DNA from: a virus
Direction: 5' to 3' (one strand)
IMG/VR virus record: IMGVR_UViG_3300027896_005002
Coordinates: 187,488-251,487 of that record
Length of the DNA stretch: 64,000 nucleotides
Shown here: positions 63,802-64,000 of the stretch, piece after piece
How the letters are laid out: each line of letters begins with the position of its first letter
Position numbering within the stretch: position 1 is the stretch's first letter
Program-made: the position numbers and the translations under genes
Notes under the pieces: model-generated
The model's input: only the letters and a program-made list of their open reading frames with translations
The model's database searches: none
Told to the model about the DNA's origin: nothing

Positions 63802-64000
63802 TTAATGATTTAAGCTATATTCTTTTATTTTGTCTATTATTGCAATCTCAGCATCATCATACATTTGTCGAATAAATTCATCACCAAAATTGTATGTTCG
63901 ACTTTCGAAGTTTGTAGATTTTAGCCGGTTAATTAACATTCCTTCGGCGGATTTAATATCTTTTCCATAAATATGATATGAATCTGCATGCCAATTCAGA
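63802..64000 (-). CDS. C-terminal fragment of a thymidylate-synthase-family enzyme (ThyA / dUMP or dCMP hydroxymethylase-like); ORF enters from beyond the window
   Basis: ...WHADSYHIYGKDIKSAEGMLINRL... resembles the ThyA GDxH(I/L)Y.NH region; only 65 aa visible. Confidence 0.3.
   Translation of the reverse strand, partial: LNWHADSYHIYGKDIKSAEGMLINRLKSTNFESRTYNFGDEFIRQMYDDAEIAIIDKIKEYSLNH

Noticed and set aside
1-64000. Eukaryotic giant virus (NCLDV/Mimiviridae) origin, suggested by AT-richness and by PARP, Topo IB, eSTK, vWA, C1 peptidase, inteins and RuvC-like resolvase
   Set aside because: Start codons are consistently preceded by Shine-Dalgarno sequences (AAGGAG/AGGAGG), and genes are chained by ATGA/TAAATG overlaps. 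Rho-independent terminators, a lipobox, a Tat signal, a sigma-70 r4-like protein, SpoVG, SLT and M15 wall hydrolases, SbcCD and a T4 gp32-like SSB all point to a bacterial virus.
1-64000. CRISPR arrays or large DNA-level repeat families
   Set aside because: No regularly spaced direct repeats were seen; the only notable DNA repeats are the 25-bp tandem duplication at 50754-50803, the roughly 39-bp coding repeats in 32466-32600, the Asp-run repeats in 62700-62950, and the paralogous leader-encoding 5' gene segments

Overview
The window is AT-rich, densely coding and almost entirely minus-strand (plus-strand islands only at 1475-3841, 4677-5546, 51047-51544). Start codons sit behind Shine-Dalgarno sequences (AAGGAG/AGGAGG 5-9 nt upstream), and GC-rich hairpins followed by T-runs sit between genes. 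A lipobox, a Tat signal, a sigma-70 region-4-like protein and SpoVG are also present. Together these indicate a large bacteriophage (jumbo-phage-like) genome rather than a eukaryotic giant virus, although several genes look NCLDV-like: a PARP with a WGR domain, topoisomerase IB, a eukaryotic-type Ser/Thr kinase, a vWA protein and a C1 peptidase. Recognisable content: (1) a norspermidine/spermidine pathway pair, carboxynorspermidine decarboxylase (CANSDC, NspC) and carboxynorspermidine dehydrogenase (CANSDH); (2) a cluster of radical SAM, metallo-beta-lactamase (MBL), zinc-ribbon, ATP-grasp and small Cys-rich ORFs; (3) DNA metabolism genes: ribonucleotide reductase (RNR) with an HNH intein, RecA-like recombinase with a LAGLIDADG intein, SbcCD, a minimal ATP-dependent DNA ligase, RuvC-like resolvase, dUTPase, dCTP deaminase, a gp32-like single-strand DNA-binding protein (SSB), a GIY-YIG homing endonuclease and two N6-adenine methyltransferase (MTase)-like genes; (4) cell-wall hydrolases (SLT and peptidase M15). 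Most striking is a roughly 40-residue N-terminal leader, M-x-H-[LI]-A-x-I-Q-S-E-F-I-K-E-A-R-K-W-x-D-L-S...Y-L-K-x-H-P-K-S-K-R-R-L, shared by at least 8 otherwise unrelated ORFs, including the topo IB and a CCA-adding/HD nucleotidyltransferase. Its EFIKEA core resembles the phage T4 capsid-targeting sequence MKTYQEFIAE of the internal proteins, so I infer a large, diversified family of capsid-targeted ejected proteins. No rRNA, tRNA or CRISPR array was recognised.
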